A stretch of 64,000 nucleotides of DNA. Origin: Roseibacillus persicicus. GTDB taxonomy: Bacteria; Verrucomicrobiota; Verrucomicrobiia; Verrucomicrobiales; Akkermansiaceae. Both the position numbers and the translations under genes were made by a program. Location of the stretch: positions 89,695 to 153,694 of the forward strand of contig NZ_BMXI01000002.1 of NCBI RefSeq assembly GCF_014651675.1, given 5' to 3'. Within the stretch, counting starts at the first letter, position 1, and every line of letters begins with the position of its first letter. Below the pieces are notes generated by a model. That model saw only the letters and a program-made list of their open reading frames with translations. It searched no databases and was not told the DNA's origin. Below, piece after piece: positions 1 to 8,912 of this stretch.

Positions 1-157
1 TCGAGTCTCAAGTTTTTGCGGAAAACTCCTTGGGCCCGGTCCAAGGTCGAGCACCTTTATCTCGACACCTTTTGGTAGGAGGGCGACCCGCAAGGCCTTG
101 AAACACTGACAAACTGCGAGCCTAGTCAAGAGTGGGTCTTCCGATAGAGTCCTCCCC

Positions 158-1471
158 TTGTTTCGCGCATGGACAGCCCGGATTGTGCTCGCCGCTCTCA
201 CTTTGGAGATCGGTTTGATTTGTAGTCTCTACATGGGCGATTTGCCGCTTCTCCGTCGAACGGAGGAGGGGGTCTTCCAGACCTTTCTCTCGTGGGTGAG
301 GGATTTTGACTCCAGGCAGGTGATTCTCGAGACCAATCCGGAGGCGGATGGCTGGAGCCTGCGGTCATTGGAAAGGGAGGAAACGGGTATTCAGAATTGG
401 AGCTTCGTAGAGGTGCCGCTTGAGCCCGAACTCTTTGATGGCCATCAGCCCAAGCCTTCGGAATACGCGATTCTGCTGGCCAAGATGTATCAGTCGGGAG
501 CACGCGAGTTGGCCTTCAGTCAGCCTCTGAATTGGGAGGAGGCTCCTGAGCTGGAATTGTTGGCGTTGGACAGTGCGCTCCGTCCTTTTTCTGAAGTTTT
601 GCTGCCGCTTGACCTGTCGGAGGTTCCGCAACCAGAGGCTTCACCCGCTTGGTTGACGGAGTCATTGGTGGGTAGGATGGGACTCATCGGCGATGCCTCG
701 AGCCTGCCGTTGATGAATCAGGTGATGGTGCCGCCCTCGGTGTCCGGACGGTCAGGGGTAGAGTTTGCTTTCCCGGATTTTGGCGGTCGTGATTTGCAGT
801 TTCGGGCTCCGGGTCGTCTACCGGTCTTGGCCCGGTGGGGAGAGGACTTTTTGCTCTCATGGCCTTTGAGCTTGGCGATGCGGATGGAGGGGGTGACGCC
901 AGAAGAGCTCATCATCGCGCCGGGACGAAGCTTGCGCTTGGGTCCGGACGGACCGGTCATCCCCTTGGACGACTTTGGGCGAGCCAAGATAGACGAGGTC
1001 GAACCTCCGCTGGAAGAGCTGCCAACGCTCTCGGCCAAGAGCTTTTTCCCATTGGGTGAAGTCGATTTGCCCGAGCTCTCGAATGGAGCGGTGCTTATTG
1101 GGCAGACCGATCTCAGAATGGCGGAGAAGAGTCAGCGACTCGTGGCCGAGGCCCGTCACCTGCTGCAATTTCCCCGTCCCGGAAAGGCCGAGAGCTTCCG
1201 GAGACTCAGCTTGGGGTGGGAAGTCTTTCTCTATTGCGAGATTGTTCTGGTGGCGATATTCGCGCTTTATCTCCGGCCTTTTCCGCAGCTGATTGCGCTG
1301 GCAGTTCTGTGCGGGGGGCTCTTCTTTTTTGCCTTGGGCCTTTTGAATTGGCGGGGACTGTGGACGCCGGTTTTACCGCTGGTGGCGGCGATGACAATGT
1401 CCTGGTGCCTCGTGGGATATCTCCAGCAGATCGCCCACCCGGTGAGGAAAAAGAAGCCCAAGGTCGTTTAG
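158..1471 (+). CDS. hypothetical membrane protein: N-terminal signal/anchor, ~330-aa extracytoplasmic domain and C-terminal cluster of 3 TM helices (CHASE2-like topology, no output domain seen)
   Basis: 437-aa ORF. Hydrophobic N-terminus (IVLAALTLEIGLICSL) and C-terminal TM helices (IVLVAIFALYL..LAVLCGGLFFFALGLL..VLPLVAAMTMSWCLVGYL). No recognised catalytic motif. Confidence 0.45.
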   Translation: MFRAWTARIVLAALTLEIGLICSLYMGDLPLLRRTEEGVFQTFLSWVRDFDSRQVILETNPEADGWSLRSLEREETGIQNWSFVEVPLEPELFDGHQPKPSEYAILLAKMYQSGARELAFSQPLNWEEAPELELLALDSALRPFSEVLLPLDLSEVPQPEASPAWLTESLVGRMGLIGDASSLPLMNQVMVPPSVSGRSGVEFAFPDFGGRDLQFRAPGRLPVLARWGEDFLLSWPLSLAMRMEGVTPEELIIAPGRSLRLGPDGPVIPLDDFGRAKIDEVEPPLEELPTLSAKSFFPLGEVDLPELSNGAVLIGQTDLRMAEKSQRLVAEARHLLQFPRPGKAESFRRLSLGWEVFLYCEIVLVAIFALYLRPFPQLIALAVLCGGLFFFALGLLNWRGLWTPVLPLVAAMTMSWCLVGYLQQIAHPVRKKKPKVV

Positions 1472-1557
1472 GTGAATCTCCTTGTTCGGGAGGAAAGAAT
1501 GGAGGTGGTCTGCCGAATCGTATTGCGTCTTTGCGTCGTGCTTGCTGGAGTGGAGGG

Positions 1558-2697
1558 GTGAAATTCAAATCGTCGCTATTCGTTTCCATTCTCTTGGCTT
1601 CCTCCTCATTTCTGTCGGCAGGGGAGCGCGTTTATCTGGCTTGTGGAAGTGCGGGCGTGCGGATGGCGGAATTCGACTCGGCATCCGGAACCCTTTCCTC
1701 TCCCGTGGAGGCCATTAGCCTGCAGAACTCCGGCTTCCTCGCGATGCATCCGGAAAAGCCGGTTCTTTATTCGACCTGCAATCTCGATGAGGGCACGAAG
1801 TGGCGTGGAGGGGTGGCGGCATTGCAAATCCTGGAAGGCGGCACATTGGAGGTGCTCAATCAGGTTTCCACCCAAGGCAATGGCTCTTGCCACGTCTCGA
1901 TAGATGCCACCGGAAATGTGGCGTTTGCCGCCAACTATGGCAGCGGTTCGGTAGCGAGCTTTCAGGTGAAGGAAGATGGATCGCTCTCCGAGGCGGTTTC
2001 GGCTATTGCGCACCCGGGCTCCAGCGTCCATCCCCAGCGACAGAAGGAGGCGCACGCGCATTACTTTGCGGCTGGCCCGCACAATCAATTCGCCTATGTG
2101 CCGGACCTTGGTTTGGATAAAGTGCTGATCTATCGCTTCGAACCGGAGACTGCCGCTTTGACGGCTGCCGGGGCAGGCTTGACCGAAGCGGGAGCTGGCC
2201 CTCGCCATATGAAGTTTTCCCTGGACGGGAAGTTTGCCTATGTGCTCAACGAGCTCAACCTCACCGTGACGACCTTCAAGCATGAAAAAGAGAGCGGGGG
2301 CCTTACCGCTCTAGGCACGGTTTCAACCATGCCTGAGGAGGCCGAGAAAGAGAAGATGAGCTGTGCGGAAATCCGGGTCCATCCCAATGGCAAATTCGTC
2401 TACACCTCCCAGCGCGACTTGCGTACGAATCCGGAGGGCAGTCCACTGGGGCGCAATAGCATCTCAGTCTACCGGGTGACCCGGGAGGGAACCTTGCAAC
2501 GGGTCCAAACCATTTCGGCGGGAGTCAGAATTCCGCGGAATTTCAACTTTGACCCCAGTGGAAAGTGGATCTTGGCCGGTGGTCAGGCTTCGAAGGATAT
2601 CCAAGTCTTTGAAGTGGATGAAAAGACCGGAAAGCTCAGCCCCCATGGGGAGCCGGTATCCTGCCCGGGCGGCCCGATTTGCTTTCTTTTTGAGTAA
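1558..2697 (+). CDS. pgl: 6-phosphogluconolactonase-like 7-bladed beta-propeller lactonase (YbhE/Pgl, 3-carboxymuconate cyclase-like family), predicted secreted
   Basis: GAGPRHMKFSLDGKFAYVLNELN is close to E. coli Pgl [23 protein letters not shown], and AYVPDLGLDKVLIYRF fits the family. The start is placed at in-frame GTG 1558, giving a signal-peptide-like VKFKSSLFVSILLASSSFLSA. The first ATG at 1663 would remove the conserved N-terminal blade. Confidence 0.7.
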   Translation: MKFKSSLFVSILLASSSFLSAGERVYLACGSAGVRMAEFDSASGTLSSPVEAISLQNSGFLAMHPEKPVLYSTCNLDEGTKWRGGVAALQILEGGTLEVLNQVSTQGNGSCHVSIDATGNVAFAANYGSGSVASFQVKEDGSLSEAVSAIAHPGSSVHPQRQKEAHAHYFAAGPHNQFAYVPDLGLDKVLIYRFEPETAALTAAGAGLTEAGAGPRHMKFSLDGKFAYVLNELNLTVTTFKHEKESGGLTALGTVSTMPEEAEKEKMSCAEIRVHPNGKFVYTSQRDLRTNPEGSPLGRNSISVYRVTREGTLQRVQTISAGVRIPRNFNFDPSGKWILAGGQASKDIQVFEVDEKTGKLSPHGEPVSCPGGPICFLFE

Positions 2698-2710
2698 TTC
2701 GGGAAACCGC

Positions 2711-3487
2711 CTAGCGGACGATACCGCGATCGGTGGTTTCGATGAATTGGATGAGAGCCTGCGCACTCGGATTCTGGGCTTCGGGAAGCTCGCGAAAGAC
2801 CTTGAGTTGCTCGCCGAGGTTGAGGTCCTTTTTTAAGAACAGCTTTTTGTAAGCGGTCTTGAGGGCGCGGATATCCTCCTCGGGGAAGCCGCGCCTTTGC
2901 AAGCCCACGATGTTGAGGCCTCGGGTGGAGGAGGGATTGCCGTCCACAATCATGAAAGGAGGGACGTCTTGCACCACGCGCGCCAGTCCGGCGGTCATGG
3001 AATGCTCCCCGACGCGGCAAAACTGGTGCACGGCACTGAGACCGGAGATGATGGCGTGGTCGCCCACTGTCACGTGACCGGCGATGGTGGCGTTGTTGGA
3101 GAAGATGGTGTGATTGCCAACCTGGCACTCGTGCGCGACATGGGCGTAGCAGAGAAAGAGATTGTGGTTCCCGATGCGGGTGGGCGTTTCCGGCTTGGTG
3201 CCGCGATGGACCGTGACGTTTTCGCGGAAGGTGTTGTCATCCCCGATGTAGAGGTGAGTCTCCTCGCCCTGGAACTTCAGGTCCTGGGTGCGGCCGCCCA
3301 GCGCGGCAAAGGGGTAGGCATCGCAGCGTTCTCCAATCGTGGTATCACGCTCGATCACGACGTGACTGCGGAGTCGGGAATTGGCTCCGAGGGTGACGTT
3401 GTCGCCGATCACGCAGTAGGGACCGATTTCGCAATCGGGTCCAATCTCGGCTTTGGGGGAAATAATGGCAGTAGGGTGAATGGCCAT
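2711..3487 (-). CDS. lpxA: acyl-ACP--UDP-N-acetylglucosamine O-acyltransferase LpxA
   Basis: 258 aa with left-handed beta-helix hexapeptide repeats and an LpxA-specific C-terminal helical domain. Family-level identification. Confidence 0.9.
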   Translation of the reverse strand: MAIHPTAIISPKAEIGPDCEIGPYCVIGDNVTLGANSRLRSHVVIERDTTIGERCDAYPFAALGGRTQDLKFQGEETHLYIGDDNTFRENVTVHRGTKPETPTRIGNHNLFLCYAHVAHECQVGNHTIFSNNATIAGHVTVGDHAIISGLSAVHQFCRVGEHSMTAGLARVVQDVPPFMIVDGNPSSTRGLNIVGLQRRGFPEEDIRALKTAYKKLFLKKDLNLGEQLKVFRELPEAQNPSAQALIQFIETTDRGIVR

Positions 3488-3644
3488 GGGAAGCTGATTT
3501 CAACAAGGTTTGGCCCTCGAGGAAAGCGAGGAGTGTGGCCTGATTTTCGGCACCCTGAGTGCAAGAGGTTCTTTTTTTGTGACTTAAGCCTTTCTTGTCG
3601 TTTCTAAACTCTGCTGTTCTCATACAGATTAAACCTAGAAAACG

Positions 3645-4079
3645 ATGCTTAAAGAATTCAAAGAGTTTGCCTTCAAAGGCAACATGGTAGATATGGCCGT
3701 AGGATTTATCCTCGGCGGAGCTTTTGGAACGGTTGTGAAATCACTCGTGGACAACGTGGTGATGCCACCACTGGGAGCCATGTTGGCTGGTGTTGACTTT
3801 TCCAACATGAAGAAAGTCATCCAGGTGGGACAACCTGCGGTCGAGGCCTCGGAGGATGGGACCGTCGAAGCCTCAGCCGAAGTGGCTGAAGTGGCCATCA
3901 ATTACGGTCAGTTTATCCAAGACTTCATTTCCTTCACCCTCCTTGCTTTCGTGGTCTTCATCATCGTTAAAAAGTTGATGGCCGCCTTCGATAAGAAGGA
4001 AGAAGAAGCTCCACCCGAGCCACCGGCACAGGAGAAGCTCCTCGAAGAAATCCGCGACTTGCTCAAGAAGCAGGCCTAG
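3645..4079 (+). CDS. mscL: large-conductance mechanosensitive channel MscL
   Basis: 144 aa. N-terminal MLKEFKEFAFKGNMVDMAVGFILGGAFGTVVKSLVDNVVMPPLG is the canonical MscL TM1 region. The C-terminus is a charged helix. Confidence 0.9.
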   Translation: MLKEFKEFAFKGNMVDMAVGFILGGAFGTVVKSLVDNVVMPPLGAMLAGVDFSNMKKVIQVGQPAVEASEDGTVEASAEVAEVAINYGQFIQDFISFTLLAFVVFIIVKKLMAAFDKKEEEAPPEPPAQEKLLEEIRDLLKKQA

Positions 4080-4106
4080 GTCTTTCGCTAGAAAAATTTG
4101 CTAGAG

Positions 4107-4139
4107 CAGTTCCGGTCGAGTCCGGAACTGCTTTTTTTG
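4107..4139 (+). terminator. rho-independent terminator downstream of mscL
   Basis: Stem cagttccgg/ccggaactg with loop tcgag, followed by TTTTTTT. Confidence 0.6.
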
Positions 4140-4265
4140 TCGCTATATCTTAGCCTTGGCCGCGAAAGAGGCAGTTCGCGGGGAGAAATTGAAAGGGTCG
4201 AAAAGGAAAAATGTGACTCAATTCTCAATTAGTTAAGAAAAGTAAGACACAGGAATACGCAGGAC

Positions 4266-5393
4266 CTAATTGCGAAAGGTCAGGGAGATGCCATCTTTTT
4301 CCCAACTGTTAGTCAGCAGTTTTTCAAGTGTTCGGTAATCACGGCCTGCAAGAAGTATCTTGCGGGCCGTGCCGTTTTCAGCCCCTTGATTCAGGGCCTT
4401 CGCGTAGTCACGGAGTCTTTGTCCATCTGCCTCTCCATCCGCGTGGGCGAAGTAGTGAAAGAGCAAAAGGGCGTAGGGATAACCGTTGGGGATTTCTTGG
4501 AAAGTGGGGTAGTCACACTCCATCAGAGTTTGGAGGGAGACGAATTCGATCTCGGGGCCCAAGTTGTGCCCGCCGCGGTCCTGGTATCCATAGTCGCACA
4601 CATAGCTCTTGATGGCGTCGAGATGACTGTCGACATGGAGAGTGTTGGTCTTTTTGGGAATCGTTGCCACATACTCGGCTGCCCCCTCCACGAACCAGCC
4701 GTCCTTCAGCAGAGGGCCCCGCATCATCATGTGGGTCGCTTCGTGCATGAGGGTCTGGTTGGTGCGGGTGCTGTCGAGTTGATAGGTTCCGTCTTCCTTG
4801 CGCAGACCGATTCCTTCGAAGGGGATGAGAATGAGGTCCGGTTCGGTGAGGTAGATACCGCCGGATTCGGGAGTGCCTCCTTCGCGGAGATAGTTGGAGT
4901 AGTCCTCCATGAGGCGGACCTTAAGGCGGCCGGCGCGATGGTTTTTCCCTTTTTGAAAGCGCTGGAGCTCGAAAGGAAGGCGGCTGCAGTAGAGGTGGGT
5001 CAACTCGAAGAGGGAGGCGAATTCTTCGACCGCTTCGTCGGGTAAGGCAGCGTCGGAGACGAAGTCAAAGTGTTCACTGCGGTAGGACCAACGGCTGCTA
5101 TCCTGGTTGCTCTCCAGGGTCTGAACCTCAAAGCCATCCGGGAGCGTGTGCCGAGTTTGATTTGGCCATTGCCGGATAGAAGGCGAGGAGCGGGATGATT
5201 GCGGGACCGCGATGGCCTTTTGGGCAATGGGCACCTGCCTCGGTTGGCTGAGGGAGGCGCTCGCAATGCGTTCCAAGCTGTTGTGGGACGCGGTCTCGCT
5301 GTTCGCCGCCAACCCTGCTTCTTGCCACGATCGAATCTCTCTTCCTCCAAGAATGAGAAAAACAAGCCAGAGGATTGCTTGGGCAACTTTCAA
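4266..5393 (-). CDS. secreted zincin-like protein with HExxH motif (putative metallopeptidase)
   Basis: 375 aa with signal peptide MKVAQAILWLVFLILGG and an MHEATHMMM (HExxH) motif. The family is not further resolved. Confidence 0.5.
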   Translation of the reverse strand: MKVAQAILWLVFLILGGREIRSWQEAGLAANSETASHNSLERIASASLSQPRQVPIAQKAIAVPQSSRSSPSIRQWPNQTRHTLPDGFEVQTLESNQDSSRWSYRSEHFDFVSDAALPDEAVEEFASLFELTHLYCSRLPFELQRFQKGKNHRAGRLKVRLMEDYSNYLREGGTPESGGIYLTEPDLILIPFEGIGLRKEDGTYQLDSTRTNQTLMHEATHMMMRGPLLKDGWFVEGAAEYVATIPKKTNTLHVDSHLDAIKSYVCDYGYQDRGGHNLGPEIEFVSLQTLMECDYPTFQEIPNGYPYALLLFHYFAHADGEADGQRLRDYAKALNQGAENGTARKILLAGRDYRTLEKLLTNSWEKDGISLTFRN

Positions 5394-5467
5394 TATCAGA
5401 AAAGACTAAGAAAGCGCGAATAGCTGTCCAGTCTTGTGTGTTTTCGCTTTTCCTCCCCGATGAACGG

Positions 5468-5917
5468 CTAGTTCGAGGACTGAGCGCTCCGCTTCCAGGT
5501 GAGCGCCGTGAGCCAGAAGGCGAAGGCGGTGAGGGTCAGGTCGTGGCCCTGGCCGCTGATTGTGGCCTTTCGGGTAAAGAGATGATTGGGGGAGAAGGTG
5601 AGGTCGTGCCCGCCGCCCTTCAGAGTCATGGGACGCCCCAGCCCGGCTGCAAGGAGAGTCGCCGGGCCCTCGGGACCAGTGATCTCGAAACGGCGGGTGA
5701 AGGGGTTTGGCTTCAGCGCCTTGTAGAAGACGTGGCCTTTTTTGAGATGCCACTCTCCGCTCATCATCCCTTGCTTTTCCACCTCATATCGGGTGTGGCC
5801 GACCGTGATGGTGCCCTGCTCGCTCATCCAATTGAAGGTTAGCACGCAAGGCTCCGCGCCGCCCTCGATTTTGAAGTTCCAAGAAAAAAGGCTTAAGGGA
5901 GTGCAGTTGAGGTTCAT
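5468..5917 (-). CDS. hypothetical protein
   Basis: 149-aa ORF co-directional with both neighbours. It overlaps an opposite-strand ORF (5375..5842) of equal plausibility. Confidence 0.3.
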   Translation of the reverse strand: MNLNCTPLSLFSWNFKIEGGAEPCVLTFNWMSEQGTITVGHTRYEVEKQGMMSGEWHLKKGHVFYKALKPNPFTRRFEITGPEGPATLLAAGLGRPMTLKGGGHDLTFSPNHLFTRKATISGQGHDLTLTAFAFWLTALTWKRSAQSSN

Positions 5918-6002
5918 AGGAGAGGAGTTTGCCCCTCCTCCTCAACTGCGGCGATGATAACAGCGAGGCGGTTTTCTCATCACTCCGGGCCTGGCCTGCC
6001 GC

Positions 6003-7334
6003 TTAGCGGGGTTGGTAGGCTGCCTCCAAGTCGACACGGAAGGACCAGCGCATGGGGAGTTCATACTCGCGGTGATCGTTCAGTCTCCACTGCACCGAGA
6101 CCTCGCAGGAAGGGATGCGCAGGGGGCGGTTGACTTGCCAGGAAAAGGTTTTGTCCTCCTCGCTCCAGACGGCGGGGACTTTGCCAAAGCCGGCGACCCG
6201 CATCACGATGGACTCGGGGTCGATCTCGGTTTCTTGGGAAAGATCGGCCGCGATCAAGGGCAGACGGTTGGTGATGACAGCTCCGGGCTCGGGCACGACG
6301 GGATGCTTGGTGGTCTGAACGACAGCTCCCTCCGCGCTCGCGCTGGCAGCAGTCTCGCGGAAAGTGGTGGCCAGCTCGAAGACTCCGTCGCGATTGCCCA
6401 GAATGATGAAGCGGGGCAGGGTGAAGTTGTCGGTATCCAAGCGGGTCATGCCGGGATTGACGGTGAAGAGGTATTCGTAACCGACCTCTTTGGCCACGGG
6501 GAGCATGGCGTCGGTCACATAGCCGCCGGGATAGGCGTAGGTGGGCACGGGCTTTTTGAACTTCTCCTCGAGGTAAGTCTTGGAGGTGCCGAACTCTTCA
6601 TTGAGGAAGGCGAGGTGGGCTTCTTTTCCCTTTTTGGCGGCAGCCTTGAACTTGGAGGGGAAGGGGTGGCTGACCGAGTGGGAACCGATGGTGCAAAGGC
6701 CGGACTCCAGCATCTCATTGATCATCGGGGTGGTGAGGGCGCGGCCCCCGCCATCGACGTAATTTTTGTAAAGAAAGATGGTGAAGGGCATTTCCAGTTC
6801 CTTGAAGATGGGAAAGGCGTCCGTGTAGACCGACTTCCACCCGTCATCGATGGTGATGAGAAAGCATTGGGGCGGGATGGTGCCTTCGCCGCTTTTCCAC
6901 TTGATGAATTCCTCCATCGTGATGATGGGCTTTCCTAGGTCGCGCAGAGCTTCCATTTGCTTGCGGAACTTGGAGGTTTTGATCCGCATTGCGGTGTTGG
7001 GGAGCTTCTCCGCAAATTCGTGATAGCCGAGGACGGACAAGCGGATGCCGTCGTCCTTAGGCGGGGTCTTGAGGCTTTCCGGAACCTCCTGGGGCTCTCC
7101 TTCTTCCTTCTGGCTTTCCTTGGAAGGGACAATCTCGTCGAAAGCGGGTTCGCGATTGGGATGGGGATCAGAGGGGATGAGGATGCGACCGCTCTCGGGA
7201 ACGGTGGCTTCTTCACTCGGGGCTGCTTGTTCTTCTTCTCCTACGATCGGGAGCGGGGGGATGGGCGGAAGTTTTTCCTCTTCCTGGGCCCAAAGCCCAG
7301 TGGTGAGAAGGATGAGAAGAGCTATCGGGCGCAT
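6003..7334 (-). CDS. secreted polysaccharide deacetylase (NodB/CE4 domain) with Pro/Glu-rich linker and C-terminal beta domain
   Basis: NodB-type motifs FLITIDDGW, TIGSHSVSHP and FTIFLY. Signal peptide MRPIALLILLTTGLWAQ; the start is taken at the internal ATG (ORF track start 7370). Confidence 0.75.
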   Translation of the reverse strand: MRPIALLILLTTGLWAQEEEKLPPIPPLPIVGEEEQAAPSEEATVPESGRILIPSDPHPNREPAFDEIVPSKESQKEEGEPQEVPESLKTPPKDDGIRLSVLGYHEFAEKLPNTAMRIKTSKFRKQMEALRDLGKPIITMEEFIKWKSGEGTIPPQCFLITIDDGWKSVYTDAFPIFKELEMPFTIFLYKNYVDGGGRALTTPMINEMLESGLCTIGSHSVSHPFPSKFKAAAKKGKEAHLAFLNEEFGTSKTYLEEKFKKPVPTYAYPGGYVTDAMLPVAKEVGYEYLFTVNPGMTRLDTDNFTLPRFIILGNRDGVFELATTFRETAASASAEGAVVQTTKHPVVPEPGAVITNRLPLIAADLSQETEIDPESIVMRVAGFGKVPAVWSEEDKTFSWQVNRPLRIPSCEVSVQWRLNDHREYELPMRWSFRVDLEAAYQPR

Positions 7335-7479
7335 GTCGCGAAGACTCCCGAATTTCACAGAGAGAATCAAGAAGGAGTCGGTGGGAGGACGAGATTTTCC
7401 AACTCAGTGGAAGTTGTCAGGACTCCGATGTTCGGAGGAAAGAGGATTTCCTTTTCTCCCGAAGATCTTGGAAGGAGTT

Positions 7480-8433
7480 TCAGGGATTGCCCGGAAACGG
7501 ATTGGCGGTGAGGCGGAGCTCGACCTCCTCCGTGCTGTAGGTGGAACTGGGCGAAAAGGTTCGCTCGATTGCGGGCCGCAGGGTCGATAATGCGAGAGCA
7601 GTCCCGAGAGTGAGGAGAAGAGTGGCGAAAATCGGGAAAATGGATGGGGGACGGCGGGGGGAAAGAAGGTTCTCCACCCGATCGCGTAGACTGGATTTGG
7701 TCGCCATGGCCATGGCGAGTGCGGGGGTGCGGCTGCCCTTGGGAAGGGCGAGGTCGCAGAGGGTGTGGGCGTAGCTCCTGGCATCGATGCCGGTGGCCAG
7801 AACGCGGGCGTCGCAGGCGAATTCGCACTGAGTCAGTAGCCGCCGGCGAAGAATCCACGCCAGGGGATTGAACCAGTGGACGAGGCAGGCGAGCCGAGCT
7901 GCCATGGAGGCCCACAAATCGCGGCGGACATGATGGCCAAGTTCATGCAGGAGAACCGCTTGGAGAGTGTTGGCGTCCCACGTGAGAGCGCTCTCCGGAA
8001 GGTAGACCGTAGGCTTGAAAAGTCCGGCCGCAACGGGAGATTTGAGGGTGCGGTGAATGCGAACCTGGGTCTTCTTGCTCATACCCAGCCGTTCATGGGC
8101 GGTGGCGAGAACTTCTTCCACCAGAGGGGCATTTGCCAAAGGAACAGAGGCTATTTTCCAACGGGTAAAAGCCGCCAGATCGAGCAATAGCTTCCCGCCA
8201 AAGACCGCCAAGCCAACCAGATAGATTCGCACATAGACACTGGCGGAGGCCTCAATGGCGACAGGCGCGCCGGTTGGCAGTTGCAGGTGAATTTTGGGCA
8301 AATAGGCGAAGAGTGGCAGCGTCAAAAGCGTGGCCAAGGTGATCGCGGTGAGCAGCGGAGTGCGACGTCCTGCCAACTGCACAGCGATTAGGCCGAGGGC
8401 GGCGATGAGGAGGCTGACAAAGGGGGAGGGCAT
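7480..8433 (-). CDS. BlaR1/MecR1-family M56 peptidase-type signal transducer (no C-terminal sensor domain)
   Basis: Four N-terminal TM helices, then HELGHHVRRD (HExxH) and the downstream FACD/D motif typical of M56. Immediately downstream of blaI. Confidence 0.8.
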   Translation of the reverse strand: MPSPFVSLLIAALGLIAVQLAGRRTPLLTAITLATLLTLPLFAYLPKIHLQLPTGAPVAIEASASVYVRIYLVGLAVFGGKLLLDLAAFTRWKIASVPLANAPLVEEVLATAHERLGMSKKTQVRIHRTLKSPVAAGLFKPTVYLPESALTWDANTLQAVLLHELGHHVRRDLWASMAARLACLVHWFNPLAWILRRRLLTQCEFACDARVLATGIDARSYAHTLCDLALPKGSRTPALAMAMATKSSLRDRVENLLSPRRPPSIFPIFATLLLTLGTALALSTLRPAIERTFSPSSTYSTEEVELRLTANPFPGNP

Positions 8434-8451
8434 GGTGAAGGAGGCGGCTAT

Positions 8452-8826
8452 TTACTTATCGTCGATGAGACCGCGAATGCTTTCGATTTCTTCAGGGGAG
8501 AGTTTCTGATCCTTGGGATCGAGTAGGGCGGCAACGAGATTCTCGGGCTTTCCTTGGAAAAAGGTGCCGAGGAGATTCTTCAGCGCCGACCGCTTCGCAG
8601 TGTCCTCCGCGATTGCCGGCTGATAAAGGTAGCGTCGTCCGGCTTTGGTGTGCTTGACCATATCCTTGTTTTCCAGCGTCACGAGCAGGGCTCGCACTGC
8701 GGAGTAACTGGGAGGGTCAGGGAGGTTATCCTGCACGTCTTGCGCCGTCGCTTCACCGAGACGGTAGATGATGTCCAGAATTTGTCGCTCGCGGCGCGAG
8801 AGATGACCTTTTTCGAGTCGGTTCAT
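8452..8826 (-). CDS. BlaI/MecI/CopY-family transcriptional repressor
   Basis: 124 aa. Winged-helix N-terminus LSRRERQILDIIYRLGEATAQDV...SAVRALLVTLENKDMV matches the penicillinase-repressor family. Confidence 0.85.
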   Translation of the reverse strand: MNRLEKGHLSRRERQILDIIYRLGEATAQDVQDNLPDPPSYSAVRALLVTLENKDMVKHTKAGRRYLYQPAIAEDTAKRSALKNLLGTFFQGKPENLVAALLDPKDQKLSPEEIESIRGLIDDK

Positions 8827-8912
8827 GCCAAGAATCTAGCGGGTGCTGGATTTTTGGCAATTGAAATGTTGTTTTTTTGGCAGTGAGAAAAGGCTCTCTG
8901 AATGGGTTACCT

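Noticed and set aside
5375-5842. 155-aa + strand ORF overlapping the 149-aa - strand ORF
   Set aside because: Neither has motifs. I kept the - strand ORF only because it is co-directional with both flanking genes, and it is held at low confidence.
6012-6938. 308-aa + strand ORF antisense to the polysaccharide deacetylase gene
   Set aside because: Gly/Asp/Glu low-complexity translation, and the opposite strand carries the NodB motifs.
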